Part shown: piece by piece, positions 1-9,286 of the stretch | Numbering within the stretch: position 1 is the first letter of the stretch | Layout of the letters: each line of letters begins with the position of its first letter | Source: Acutalibacteraceae bacterium | GTDB lineage: Bacteria > Bacillota > Clostridia > Oscillospirales > Acutalibacteraceae | Assembly: GCA_045592285.1 (NCBI GenBank) | Contig: JAZNUL010000129.1 | Coordinates: 1-59,833, forward strand | Length of the DNA: 59,833 bases | Direction of reading: 5' to 3' | Position numbers and translations under genes: made by a program | The notes under the pieces: model-generated | Seen by the model: only the letters and a program-made list of their open reading frames with translations | Database searches by the model: none | Told to the model about the DNA's origin: nothing

Positions 1-273
1 GAAGAAAGTGGTTCAAATGAGCACGAGTGTTACCCAATAACTGCATTACCACGCCAGATAGAGGGCGTTTTAGTTGGTGCAGTAATTAAAGAAAAACAAA
101 ACGGAGCTTTCGGTATTTCTGTAAGAACTGAAGGCGATATAGATGCATCAGAGATTTGTGCACGTCTTGGTGGCGGTGGCCACGCTGGTGCTGCAGGCTG
201 TGAGGTAAAAGAAGATTACGAAACAGCAAAATCTAAAATTTTAGAGTCAATTCGTATGTCGTTAGGATGTTAA
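1..273 (+). CDS. 3' end of a DHH/DHHA1 phosphoesterase (NrnA-like oligoribonuclease/pAp phosphatase); the 5' end lies outside the window
   Basis: Frame 1 is open from base 1 to TAA at 271-273. The translation ends ...ICARLGGGGHAGAAGCEVKEDYETAKSKILESIRMSLGC, which contains the DHHA1 GGGH motif. Position upstream of truB is typical. Confidence 0.6.
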   Translation, partial: EESGSNEHECYPITALPRQIEGVLVGAVIKEKQNGAFGISVRTEGDIDASEICARLGGGGHAGAAGCEVKEDYETAKSKILESIRMSLGC

Positions 274-277
274 AAAT

Positions 278-1165
278 ATGACTGGTATAATTCCTTTAAA
301 AAAAGAAAAAAATATGACATCGTTTTTAGCAGTAAAGCGTGTCAGAGGAATTGTCGGTGAAAAGAAATGTGGTCATACAGGTACTCTTGACCCCATGGCA
401 ACAGGCGTTTTGCCTGTTGCTTTGGGTGGTGCTACACGTTTTATTGAGCTTTTACCGACTCACAAAAAAGCATATAAGGCAACATTCAGACTTGGACTTG
501 TTACAGATACTCTCGATATTTGGGGTACTGTTACAGAAGAAACTGGTAAAACCGCTTCTTTTGATGATGTTTTAAAGGTTTTACCACAGTTTACGGGTAA
601 AATAAAACAAGTTCCGCCAATGTATTCTGCACTTAAAAAGGATGGTGTAAGACTTTATGAGCTTGCACGTCAGGGTGTAGAGGTAGAAAGAGAAGAACGT
701 GAATGTGAGATTTTTGAACTCAATGTAGAAAAAATTTCAGAGAATGAGTTTTCTATTTACACAGAGTGTTCAAGTGGCACTTACATACGCTCTCTTATTT
801 ATGATATAGGTGAAGCTTTGGGCACAGGTGCTACAATGACATCTTTAAACAGAAGCTTTGCTTGTGGAATAAACGAAAGTGAATGTATCACGTTAGCTGA
901 ATTAGAAAATTACAGAGATAATAACGAGTTAGAAAAGGTTATTATTCCTGTTGATAAAATTCTTTCAGAATACCCGAAAATAAACGTTACAAAGCCACAG
1001 GGTGTACGCTTTAAAAATGGTGGCGAGCTTTTAAAACAAAGAATAAAAGGTGAAGTTCCTTTGGGCTTTGTGAGAGTTTATTGTGATAATGAATTTTTAG
1101 GTTTGGGTGAATCGCTCGAAAATAGCGAAAACCTTAACGTGAAAAGGGTATACGTAGAAAGATGA
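278..1165 (+). CDS. truB: tRNA pseudouridine(55) synthase TruB
   Basis: 295-aa ORF with the GHTGTLDPMATGVLPV catalytic-Asp motif and a C-terminal PUA-like region. Confidence 0.9.
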   Translation: MTGIIPLKKEKNMTSFLAVKRVRGIVGEKKCGHTGTLDPMATGVLPVALGGATRFIELLPTHKKAYKATFRLGLVTDTLDIWGTVTEETGKTASFDDVLKVLPQFTGKIKQVPPMYSALKKDGVRLYELARQGVEVEREERECEIFELNVEKISENEFSIYTECSSGTYIRSLIYDIGEALGTGATMTSLNRSFACGINESECITLAELENYRDNNELEKVIIPVDKILSEYPKINVTKPQGVRFKNGGELLKQRIKGEVPLGFVRVYCDNEFLGLGESLENSENLNVKRVYVER

Positions 1166-1206
1166 TATAGAAATATAATATAGAAATATCCGTTCAGGAG
1201 ATATTT

Positions 1207-2103
1207 ATGAGTGAAAATAAAAATGGAATAGCATTAGCTCTTGGTACCTTTGATGGCTTTCATATAGGTCACAAAAGAGTTATAGAGAATGCTATTGCAA
1301 GTAACAGAAAACCAAAGGTGCTTTTATTCAATGAACATCCACAGAAGGTGTTAAAGAAAAAATCACCTGGTGAATTAATAACAGAAACAGATAAAATAAA
1401 GTTACTTGAAGCGTGGGGTGTAGAGCCTGTTATATTGAATTTTGGTGATATAATGAGCCTTACCTATGAAGAATTCTTTTATGAAATTATTGTAAAAAAA
1501 ATCGGTGCTTCGGTACTTTCCTGTGGCTTTAATTACCATTTTGGCTCTAAGGCTTTGGGTAATACAGAAAACCTTAAAGCTCTTTGTGAAAAAGAAAATA
1601 TAGAGCTTTTAGTTAGTGAGCCTGTTGAATATATGGGCGAGCCAGTTTCTTCAACAAGAATAAGAAACGCTATAAGAAATGGTAATATTGAAGATGCCAA
1701 TAATATGTTAGGTAGAGAATTTTCTTACGATTTCTTAGTAGTTCACGGCGATGCTCGTGGCAGAACAATTGATTCACCTACAATAAATCAGTTCTTTACA
1801 GAAGATTTTATTATTCCTCAATATGGTGTTTATGGTTCATATTCTGTTATTGATGGCAAAAAATATCCATCAGTAACAAACGTTGGTGTAAGACCGACAA
1901 TAGAAGGCTTGTCTAAAGAACGAAGCGAAACTAATATTGTAGGTTTTACAGGCGATTTGTATGATAAGAATATAAGCGTTCATCTTCTTAAAAAAATCCG
2001 TGAAGAAATGAAGTTTAATAATTTAGATGAATTAAAAAATCAGATTGCAAAAGACAGAGAAGTATCAAAAAATATATCGAAAGATAATGGGGTTATTTTA
2101 TGA
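1207..2103 (+). CDS. ribF: Bifunctional riboflavin kinase / FMN adenylyltransferase
   Basis: 298 aa. N-terminal GTFDGFHIGH nucleotidyltransferase motif and a C-terminal riboflavin-kinase region (PTINQF..., VRPT). Follows truB as in many Firmicutes. Confidence 0.9.
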   Translation: MSENKNGIALALGTFDGFHIGHKRVIENAIASNRKPKVLLFNEHPQKVLKKKSPGELITETDKIKLLEAWGVEPVILNFGDIMSLTYEEFFYEIIVKKIGASVLSCGFNYHFGSKALGNTENLKALCEKENIELLVSEPVEYMGEPVSSTRIRNAIRNGNIEDANNMLGREFSYDFLVVHGDARGRTIDSPTINQFFTEDFIIPQYGVYGSYSVIDGKKYPSVTNVGVRPTIEGLSKERSETNIVGFTGDLYDKNISVHLLKKIREEMKFNNLDELKNQIAKDREVSKNISKDNGVIL

Positions 2104-2753
2104 GTGAAAAAATTATAATTTCACCTTCGATTCTTGCAGCGGACTATGGTAAGTTAGCAGAAGAAATTACCAAGGTTGTTGAGGCTGGTGCTGAGTATAT
2201 TCATATTGACGTTATGGACGGGCACTTTGTACCGAATATTTCTATTGGTGTTCCTGTTGTGGCTTCTATAAGAAAAGTTACTTCTGCAGTTTTTGATTGT
2301 CATTTAATGATTAGTAATCCGATTGATTATATAGATGCTTTTATTAAAGCAGGTGCAGATTTAATATCGTTTCACGTTGAGAGCAACAGCGATATTAAAG
2401 AAACAATAAAAAAAATAACAAGTGCCAACAAAAAAGCGGCACTTGTAGTAAAACCGAATACACCAGTAAACGTAGTTTTTCCTTATCTTAAAGATATTTC
2501 TATGGTGCTTATTATGACTGTTGAGCCAGGCTTTGGCGGTCAGAGTTTTATGAATGATATGTTGCCAAAGGTAACAGAATTAAAAATGGAAATTGAAAGA
2601 CAAGGCTTAGACGTTGATATTCAGGTTGATGGTGGCGTAGATAGCGAAACTGCTTCGCTCTGCAAAAAAGCAGGGGCTAACGTTTTAGTTGCTGGCAGTT
2701 ACATATTCAAGTCACCAGATGTGAAAAAAGCGATTGAAATTTTAAAGGCTTAA
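2100..2753 (+). CDS. rpe: Ribulose-phosphate 3-epimerase
   Basis: 217 aa with PSILAAD, HIDVMDGHFVPN, MTVEPGFGGQ and VDGG motifs. 4-bp overlap with the ribF stop. Confidence 0.9.
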   Translation: MSEKIIISPSILAADYGKLAEEITKVVEAGAEYIHIDVMDGHFVPNISIGVPVVASIRKVTSAVFDCHLMISNPIDYIDAFIKAGADLISFHVESNSDIKETIKKITSANKKAALVVKPNTPVNVVFPYLKDISMVLIMTVEPGFGGQSFMNDMLPKVTELKMEIERQGLDVDIQVDGGVDSETASLCKKAGANVLVAGSYIFKSPDVKKAIEILKA

Positions 2754-3287
2754 AATTTTGCCGTATTCAAAAATATGACTTAAAAGCTCATTGTCTCCGA
2801 AAAGCACATCGCCAAAATCGCTCAATATGTAAGCGATTTTATCGGCTTTTGATATTTCGGGGTAAATTACAAAATAAATATTTTTTTTATAAAGATATAT
2901 ATGAAAACTTTTATATAAATCCGTCAAAGGTTTAAGAAGCTCGCGTGTGTCTAAAAATGCATCTTCGTCGAGTGCTTTAAAAAGAAGTGGTTCAATTTCT
3001 TTTTTCATAACAAGCTTTTTTCTGGATTTATAATCGGCAGATGGCATAGCGGTAAAGCACATAATGCAACCACCATCATCACTCGGTGTTACTTCAATTA
3101 AGATTTTACCCTCTGTGTCGAGTGGTTTGCCTAATGAACGCTTTGCTTCATCCAATATAGTCCATATAACTCTTCGTGTTTCTATATTTGAGTAGTCCAT
3201 TTCGTCATACGTTATCTCTAATTCATCCATATCTTTATCGGAAAGAGCAACGAGAATTTTTTCGTCGCTTATGGCTTCAATTTTCAA
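2742..3287 (-). CDS. MecA-family adaptor protein (short clostridial form)
   Basis: 181 aa. The N-terminus MKIEAISDEKILVALSDKDMDE and the C-terminal KKNIYFVIYP...IFEYGKIL pattern resemble B. subtilis MecA (NRYYLYVDF...LEEYGKLI). Confidence 0.6.
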   Translation of the reverse strand: MKIEAISDEKILVALSDKDMDELEITYDEMDYSNIETRRVIWTILDEAKRSLGKPLDTEGKILIEVTPSDDGGCIMCFTAMPSADYKSRKKLVMKKEIEPLLFKALDEDAFLDTRELLKPLTDLYKSFHIYLYKKNIYFVIYPEISKADKIAYILSDFGDVLFGDNELLSHIFEYGKILSL

Positions 3288-3388
3288 AAATATCTCTCCT
3301 TTTAGTGAGAAAAAAGACTCACTCTAATATAATAATACTCCGAGAGATTCAAAACAATGCAAAAAAAATGGAAAGGGAGTAATTCTCT

Positions 3389-4252
3389 ATGAAATTTTCA
3401 ATTAGTACATACAGTCTTTCTGGTATTGTAGGTAAAAATGGTGTAACAGAAAAAGACCTTATTAAAATAGCAAAAGAAATTGGTTTCCAAGGTATTGAAT
3501 TTGCTGAAATTCATACACCTGACGGACAAGATAAAATAGAGTATGCCAAAGAATTAAATGAAGAGTGTAAAAAAGTGGGTATTACTCCTGTTCAATATTC
3601 TATTGGTGCAGACTTTTTAAATAACGATATTGAAAAAGAAATAGAACGCCTTAAATATGAAGTGGATGTGGCAAGTGCATTAGGTGTTACCGGTATGCGC
3701 CACGATGGTACTTCAGGCTTTCAGGGTGAAGACAGAAAAACAAAGGGCTTCAATGAAGCATTACCATATTTAGTTAAAGGCTGTAAGGCTGTTACTGAGT
3801 ACGCTAAAACAAAGGGTATTCGCACTATGATGGAAAATCACGGCTATTTCTGTCAGGATAGCGACAGAGTAGAAAAAATTGTAACTGGTGTTAATGACAG
3901 TAACTTTGGCTTGCTTCTTGATATGGGTAACTTCCTTTGTGCAGATGAAAACCCTGTTGTTGCATTCGGTAAGCTTATGCCTTATGTTTCATTTGTTCAC
4001 GCTAAAGATTTCCACGTAAAAAGCGGTAACAATATAGCGCCAGTAGATGGTTTCTTTACTACCCGTGGTGGTAATTATTTAAGAGGTGCGGTTTTAGGTC
4101 ACGGTGATGTGCCTGTGTTCCAATGTCTTTCGCTTGCAAAAAATGCAGGATATGATTATTTTGTAACTTTAGAGTTTGAAGGTCACGAAGAACCACGAAT
4201 GGCGTGTGAGTGGGGACTTAACACTCTTAAAAAATATATTTCTTTAATGTAA
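3389..4252 (+). CDS. Sugar phosphate isomerase/epimerase (xylose-isomerase-like TIM barrel)
   Basis: 287 aa with the family-typical pattern (GFQGIEF, MENHG, LDMGNF, HAKD, LEFEG). No signal peptide. Confidence 0.7.
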   Translation: MKFSISTYSLSGIVGKNGVTEKDLIKIAKEIGFQGIEFAEIHTPDGQDKIEYAKELNEECKKVGITPVQYSIGADFLNNDIEKEIERLKYEVDVASALGVTGMRHDGTSGFQGEDRKTKGFNEALPYLVKGCKAVTEYAKTKGIRTMMENHGYFCQDSDRVEKIVTGVNDSNFGLLLDMGNFLCADENPVVAFGKLMPYVSFVHAKDFHVKSGNNIAPVDGFFTTRGGNYLRGAVLGHGDVPVFQCLSLAKNAGYDYFVTLEFEGHEEPRMACEWGLNTLKKYISLM

Positions 4253-4304
4253 TTGGATTTAAAACGCCAAAATATTGCAAAAAACTATCGAAAGTGGGGA
4301 TTGT

Positions 4305-4862
4305 GTGAAAATTATACTTGCATCTGCTTCGCCAAGAAGGCAAGAACTTATTAAAATGATAACAGAAGATATAATAGTAAATCCCTGCGATTGTGATGAA
4401 ACAATCAAAGATGGTTTAGTCGGCAGAGAAATTGCTGAATATCTCTCAAAAATCAAGGGTGAAGCTGTTAAAGAGCAGTTTGAAAATGCTATAATTGTTT
4501 CGGCGGATACTATTGTGTGTCTTAATAATAAGGTTTTAGGTAAACCAAAATCAAGAGAAGATGCTTTTTCAATGCTTCGTACCTTAAGTGGTAATACACA
4601 TTCAGTATTCACTGGTGTCACAATAATAAAAGGTGAAAAAGAGAAGACATTCAGTCAGGAAACAAAGGTCACATTTTATGATTTGAGTGACGAAGAGATT
4701 TATGAATATATAGACTCCGGTGAAGTATATGATAAAGCTGGTAGCTACGGCATTCAGGGCAAGGGTGGACTTTTAGTTAAAGGAATAGAGGGCGACTACT
4801 TTAACGTAGTAGGTTTACCAGTAGCAAGATTAAAAAGAGAATTAGAAGATTTTATAAAATAA
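4305..4862 (+). CDS. maf: Maf-like nucleoside triphosphate pyrophosphatase (septum formation protein)
   Basis: ILASASPRRQELI motif and a C-terminal YGIQG...GDYFNVVGLP motif. The ORF opens at TTG 4275. GTG 4305, preceded by GTGGGGA, gives a typical Maf N-terminus. The start is uncertain. Confidence 0.85.
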   Translation: MKIILASASPRRQELIKMITEDIIVNPCDCDETIKDGLVGREIAEYLSKIKGEAVKEQFENAIIVSADTIVCLNNKVLGKPKSREDAFSMLRTLSGNTHSVFTGVTIIKGEKEKTFSQETKVTFYDLSDEEIYEYIDSGEVYDKAGSYGIQGKGGLLVKGIEGDYFNVVGLPVARLKRELEDFIK

Positions 4863-4890
4863 ATTTTACTTAAACAGGTGGTGAGTTCTT

Positions 4891-6405
4891 ATGGCAGAAA
4901 CAGTTGAGAAGATTACTCAGATTTCACAAGAGGATATCGAAAAACAGAAACAACAGCAAGAAAAAGAATATCTTGGGCCAAGAGAAATGGCTGCTTACAT
5001 AATTTCTGGCTTTGGTGACAAAAACTGGGAAACATTCTCTGGTAACAATATGTTTTTCTACAACACAACATTCCAGGGTGTAAGTCCCGTTACGTTAAGT
5101 CTTGCAGATTCGGTGTGCAGTATTCTTGACACATTTGACAACGCTATTTCTGGTCCAATATTAGACAGAACACGTACACGTTGGGGCAGAGTAAGGCCAT
5201 ATTTTATTTTAACGTTACCATTCTGGATTTTTTCAAATCTTGTTCCGTGGATTTTGCCACAGGGACTTTCTCAGGTTGCACTTTTTGTATGGTTTTTCTT
5301 TATTAAATATGTCGGTTCTATTTCAAACTCATTTTATGGACCTGCATATACAGCAATTCTTTATAACTTAACACCAAACGTTAACGAAAGAAACAAGCTT
5401 ATTGCAACTGATACCTACGCCGATTTGTTGGGCGTGTGGTTGCCGTCGCTGTTCCCGTTCTTTGTTGACTATCTGCCGAGAACAATACCGACAAGAAGCA
5501 TTTATTTGGGTGGTGCTCTTGTATTTATTGCAATGGTAATTATATTCAGAGTTTACGGCTTCTTTACGTTAAAAGAACGTGTACCACTTGCTTCACGTGA
5601 TGAAATGAAAAGCACTTCTGTTTTTAAATCTGTAAAACAGGTTGCTTCTTGCAGACCAATGTGGGTTTTACTTATTAAAAACTTCTTTGGTATGGGTAAG
5701 GCTGTTGGTCAGAACGTTTCAAACTACTTCTGGCTTAACTGTACTGGTAAGCTTTCAAATGCTGCTATTTCAGGTATATTTACAGGACTTCCAAGCTACT
5801 TTGTTTTGCCTTTTGCTACAAAGTGGACTAAGAAAATCGGTCTTAAAAATCTTGCAGTTTTAAGCTACCTTTATTGTGGTATTGTTTACCTTGTGATGTA
5901 TTTAATAGGTTACGCACCAACAGAAAATACTTTTGTTAATCTTATAATTATTGTATTTGAGCTTACCTTAGCGGGTGCTATGAACAGTGTTCAGAGATAT
6001 TGTAACTCTGCTTTAACTGGTGATATGTACGATTACGTTGAGTGGAAAACAGGTATTCGTAATGAAGGTATGATGAGTGCTGCAATGGGTTATATTACAT
6101 TGGTTGGTAATAACGTTTCTTCAATTTTAAGTGGCTTTATAATTGCTGCTATAAAATATCAACCACTTCTTAATTCACACGGGGTTGTTATTCCACAAAC
6201 TGACCCTAAAATGCTTCAGGCTATATGGACTGTATTTACTTTAGCACCTGCAATAGGCAGAACCTGTAAAGGTCTTTCACTTATGTTCTTTAACGTAAAT
6301 GGTAAGGTCCGCACACAAATGATGGAAGATTTAGCAGTTTCAAGAGCAGGTAAATTAAAAGAACGTACTGGAACAAGTACAGAAAATGGGGAAATAGAAG
6401 AATGA
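4891..6405 (+). CDS. MFS transporter of the glycoside-pentoside-hexuronide (GPH) type
   Basis: 504 aa, about 12 hydrophobic helices, GPH-like loop DRTRTRWGRVRPY. SD GGTGGTGAG upstream. The stop overlaps the proB start. Confidence 0.7.
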   Translation: MAETVEKITQISQEDIEKQKQQQEKEYLGPREMAAYIISGFGDKNWETFSGNNMFFYNTTFQGVSPVTLSLADSVCSILDTFDNAISGPILDRTRTRWGRVRPYFILTLPFWIFSNLVPWILPQGLSQVALFVWFFFIKYVGSISNSFYGPAYTAILYNLTPNVNERNKLIATDTYADLLGVWLPSLFPFFVDYLPRTIPTRSIYLGGALVFIAMVIIFRVYGFFTLKERVPLASRDEMKSTSVFKSVKQVASCRPMWVLLIKNFFGMGKAVGQNVSNYFWLNCTGKLSNAAISGIFTGLPSYFVLPFATKWTKKIGLKNLAVLSYLYCGIVYLVMYLIGYAPTENTFVNLIIIVFELTLAGAMNSVQRYCNSALTGDMYDYVEWKTGIRNEGMMSAAMGYITLVGNNVSSILSGFIIAAIKYQPLLNSHGVVIPQTDPKMLQAIWTVFTLAPAIGRTCKGLSLMFFNVNGKVRTQMMEDLAVSRAGKLKERTGTSTENGEIEE

Positions 6406-7166
6406 GAATAGTAGTAAAAGTCGGAACATCGACTTTGGCACATAGTACAGGTAACATAAATATCCGTCACGTAGAAGAACTCTGCAAGGTTTTAAGCGAC
6501 CTTAAAAATGCAGGTCATGAAATGATTTTAGTGTCTTCTGGTGCTATCGGAATGGGCGTTGGAAAGCTTTCTTTAAAAGAGAAGCCACAGGATATGCCAA
6601 CAAAGCAGGCAGCTGCGGCTGTTGGTCAATGTGAACTTATGTATACATATGATAAACTCTTTTCAGAGTATAATCATACAGTAGCTCAGATTCTTTTAAC
6701 AGGTCTTGATTTAGAAGACAGCGAACGCTACCACAACATTCAGAATACAATGAACAGACTTTTAGAGCTTAATGTTTTACCAGTTATTAACGAAAACGAT
6801 ACAGTTTCTACTCAGGAAATTGCAGTTGGTGATAACGATACGTTAGGTGCAATTGTTGCTGTAAGTATGAAGGCAGATATGTTGATTCTTCTTTCTGATA
6901 TTGACGGTCTTTATACAAATGACCCACATAAAGATGAAAATGCCCAGCTTATATCTCTTGTAACAGAAATTACACCAGAGATTGAAGCATTAGGCGGTGG
7001 CAAGGGTTCTTCACTTGGCACAGGTGGTATGGCTACAAAGCTTAACGCCGCAAAGCTTTGTCTTTCAAAGGGTACAGAAATGGTTATCGCAAATGGTGCA
7101 AAGCCTTCTGTGCTTTATGATATAGTTGATGGTAAAAAAATTGGTACAAGATTCAGGTGTGAATAA
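6402..7166 (+). CDS. proB: Glutamate 5-kinase (short form without PUA domain)
   Basis: 254 aa with VVKVGTS, VSSGAIG and ENDTVS...GDNDTL motifs. ATGA overlap with the upstream transporter. Confidence 0.9.
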   Translation: MRIVVKVGTSTLAHSTGNINIRHVEELCKVLSDLKNAGHEMILVSSGAIGMGVGKLSLKEKPQDMPTKQAAAAVGQCELMYTYDKLFSEYNHTVAQILLTGLDLEDSERYHNIQNTMNRLLELNVLPVINENDTVSTQEIAVGDNDTLGAIVAVSMKADMLILLSDIDGLYTNDPHKDENAQLISLVTEITPEIEALGGGKGSSLGTGGMATKLNAAKLCLSKGTEMVIANGAKPSVLYDIVDGKKIGTRFRCE

Positions 7167-8416
7167 TGATAACAACAAAAGAAATTTTAATTGAAGCAAA
7201 AAAGGTTAAAACATTACTTGCTTCACTTTCTACAGAAGAAAAGAATAACGCTCTTCTTAAAATGGCAGATGCATTAATTGAAAATGCAGATGAAATTTTA
7301 ACGGCAAACAAAAGCGATTTAGAAAGAGCAAAGGGTACAATTTCTGACGTTATGCTCGATAGATTAGCTTTAACTAAAGAGCGTATTGAGGGTATGGCAA
7401 ACGGCATAAGAGAAGTTGTAGCGTTACCTGACCCTGTTGGTAAGGTGTTAAACAGAGTTGAAAGACCAAACGGAATAGTAATTGAAAAAACCACAGTTCC
7501 AATGGGCGTTACTGCTATTATTTATGAAAGCAGACCAAACGTTACTTCAGATGCTGCAGCACTCGCTTTGAAAAGTGGTAACGTGTGCGTGCTTCGTGGA
7601 GGTAAAGAAGCATTCGCTTCTGCTAACGCAATAGTAAATTCAATGCGCAAGGGCTTAAAGGAATTAAATCTTCCTGAAACTCTTATAAATCTCATACAGG
7701 ATACAACAAGAGAAAGTGCTAATGAATTAATGAATGCAGTAGGTCTTGTTGACTTGCTTATTCCACGTGGTGGCGCTGGTCTTATAAAAGCAGTTACAGA
7801 AAATGCAAAGGTTCCTTGCATTCAGACTGGTACTGGTATCTGCCACGTTTACGTTGATTGCGATGCAGATTTTACAAAAGCACTTAATATAATTGAAAAT
7901 GCTAAAACAAGTAGACCTTCTGTTTGTAACGCTATGGAAGTTTTACTTGTTAACGAAAAAATCGCAAACGAATTTTTACCATTAGTTAAAGAAAGACTTG
8001 TTGATGTAAGAACTGAAAATAAAGTAGAGCTTCGCCTTTGCGAAAACGCTTCAAAAATAATTGATGGTAAAAAAGCAGGCGAAAATGACTTCGATACAGA
8101 ATTTTTAGATTACATTTTAGCAGTAAAGGTTGTAAAGGATGTAAACGAAGCAGTAGAGCATATCTCACTTCATTCAACAATGCACAGTGAAGCGATTGTT
8201 ACAGAAAACAAAGAAGCTGCCGATAAATTTGTAAAAGGTGTTGATTCTTCTTCTGTTTACGTTAACGTTTCAACACGCTTTACTGATGGTGGTGAATTTG
8301 GTTTAGGTTGCGAAATGGGTATTTCAACTCAGAAGCTCCATGCAAGAGGACCAATGGGTCTTGAGGAACTCACAACATATAAATACATAATTAAAGGTGA
8401 CGGACAAATCCGATAA
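7166..8416 (+). CDS. proA: Gamma-glutamyl phosphate reductase
   Basis: 416 aa, aldehyde dehydrogenase-type with a [10 protein letters not shown] catalytic Cys region. TAATG overlap with proB. Confidence 0.9.
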   Translation: MITTKEILIEAKKVKTLLASLSTEEKNNALLKMADALIENADEILTANKSDLERAKGTISDVMLDRLALTKERIEGMANGIREVVALPDPVGKVLNRVERPNGIVIEKTTVPMGVTAIIYESRPNVTSDAAALALKSGNVCVLRGGKEAFASANAIVNSMRKGLKELNLPETLINLIQDTTRESANELMNAVGLVDLLIPRGGAGLIKAVTENAKVPCIQTGTGICHVYVDCDADFTKALNIIENAKTSRPSVCNAMEVLLVNEKIANEFLPLVKERLVDVRTENKVELRLCENASKIIDGKKAGENDFDTEFLDYILAVKVVKDVNEAVEHISLHSTMHSEAIVTENKEAADKFVKGVDSSSVYVNVSTRFTDGGEFGLGCEMGISTQKLHARGPMGLEELTTYKYIIKGDGQIR

Positions 8417-8432
8417 GGAAGTGAATGTTAAA

Positions 8433-9239
8433 ATGGATAAAAAAATAGGTTTTATCGGTTGCGGCAATATGGGTGGCGCTTTGGCAATAGCTGCAGCAAA
8501 TTCTGTTGGTGCAAGTAATATATATGTTTCTGATGCTGATAATGAAAAAGCAAAAGATTTTGCCGATAAAAACAGTGTTAATGTTATTACTGTAAAAGAA
8601 GTTGCAGAAAAATGTGATGTTATATTCTTAGGTGTGAAACCTCAGGTTTTAAAATCTGTGTGCAGTGAGTTAGCACCAATTTTTAAAGCAAGAAAAGACC
8701 ATTTTGTAATTGTTTCTATGGCTGCAGGTGTAAAGCTTTGCAACTTAGAAGAAATGTGCGAAGGCGACTTTCCTATAATAAGAATTATGCCTAATATTCC
8801 AGCTTCTGTTGGCGCTGGTATGATTCTTTACACAGGTAATAAAAACGTAACTGACGAAGATTTCAGTGAATTCACAAAGTCACTTGAAAAAGCAGGTATG
8901 CTTGACAAAATAGAAGAAGCGAAAATTGATGCCGCAAGTGCAATTTCTGGTTGCGGCCCTGCATTTGTATTTATGTTTATAGAAGCATTGGCTGATGGTG
9001 GCGTTAAATGTGGCTTGCCAAGAGAAAAGGCACTTCTTTATGCAGCAGAAACTTTATTTGGTTCTGCAAAAATGGTGCTTGAAACAAACGAGCATCCCGG
9101 TAAATTAAAAGACGCTGTTTGTAGCCCTGCTGGTAGCACAATAGAGGGTGTCAATGCACTCGAAAACGGCTCGTTCAGAGCAGACGTTATGAATGCAGTA
9201 GATAAAGCTTACAAAAGAACAGTTGAGTTAGGTAAATAA
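8433..9239 (+). CDS. proC: Pyrroline-5-carboxylate reductase
   Basis: IGFIGCGNMG Rossmann motif and a C-terminal SPAGSTIEG motif. ATG 8433 has AAGGAAG as SD. The track ORF start at 8397 lies inside proA. Confidence 0.9.
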   Translation: MDKKIGFIGCGNMGGALAIAAANSVGASNIYVSDADNEKAKDFADKNSVNVITVKEVAEKCDVIFLGVKPQVLKSVCSELAPIFKARKDHFVIVSMAAGVKLCNLEEMCEGDFPIIRIMPNIPASVGAGMILYTGNKNVTDEDFSEFTKSLEKAGMLDKIEEAKIDAASAISGCGPAFVFMFIEALADGGVKCGLPREKALLYAAETLFGSAKMVLETNEHPGKLKDAVCSPAGSTIEGVNALENGSFRADVMNAVDKAYKRTVELGK

Positions 9240-9250
9240 AAATAAACATA

Positions 9251-9285
9251 AAAATCCCCGCAGATTTCTGTGGGGATTTTTTTGT
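9251..9285. terminator. Bidirectional intrinsic terminator between convergent proC and the ABC gene
   Basis: Hairpin ATCCCCGCAG/CTGTGGGGAT flanked by an A-run upstream and a T-run downstream. Confidence 0.7.
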
Positions 9286-9286
9286 T

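Noticed and set aside
339-575. 78-aa ORF in another frame inside truB. The same kind of nested or antisense ORF occurs elsewhere, including 3176-3382, 4259-4621, 5642-5863, 6216-6470, 7153-7494, 7522-7821, 7986-8180, 9270-9620, 9432-9644, 11287-11729, 12502-12693, 13133-13651, 15670-15852, 19216-19865, 20119-23038, 25091-25431, 27020-27384, 27831-28130, 30122-30307, 31615-32150, 33848-34036, 34697-34888, 35186-35407, 36558-36881, 37896-38102, 42201-43894, 44406-44654, 47599-47850, 48410-48673, 49406-49738, 52513-52704, 56475-56702, 57122-57310 and 57983-58291.
   Set aside because: Each lies wholly within, or antisense to, a much longer ORF with clear family motifs. Their translations are low-complexity or Leu/Ser/Phe/Lys-rich, as expected from out-of-frame reading of AT-rich coding DNA. 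None has a convincing SD.
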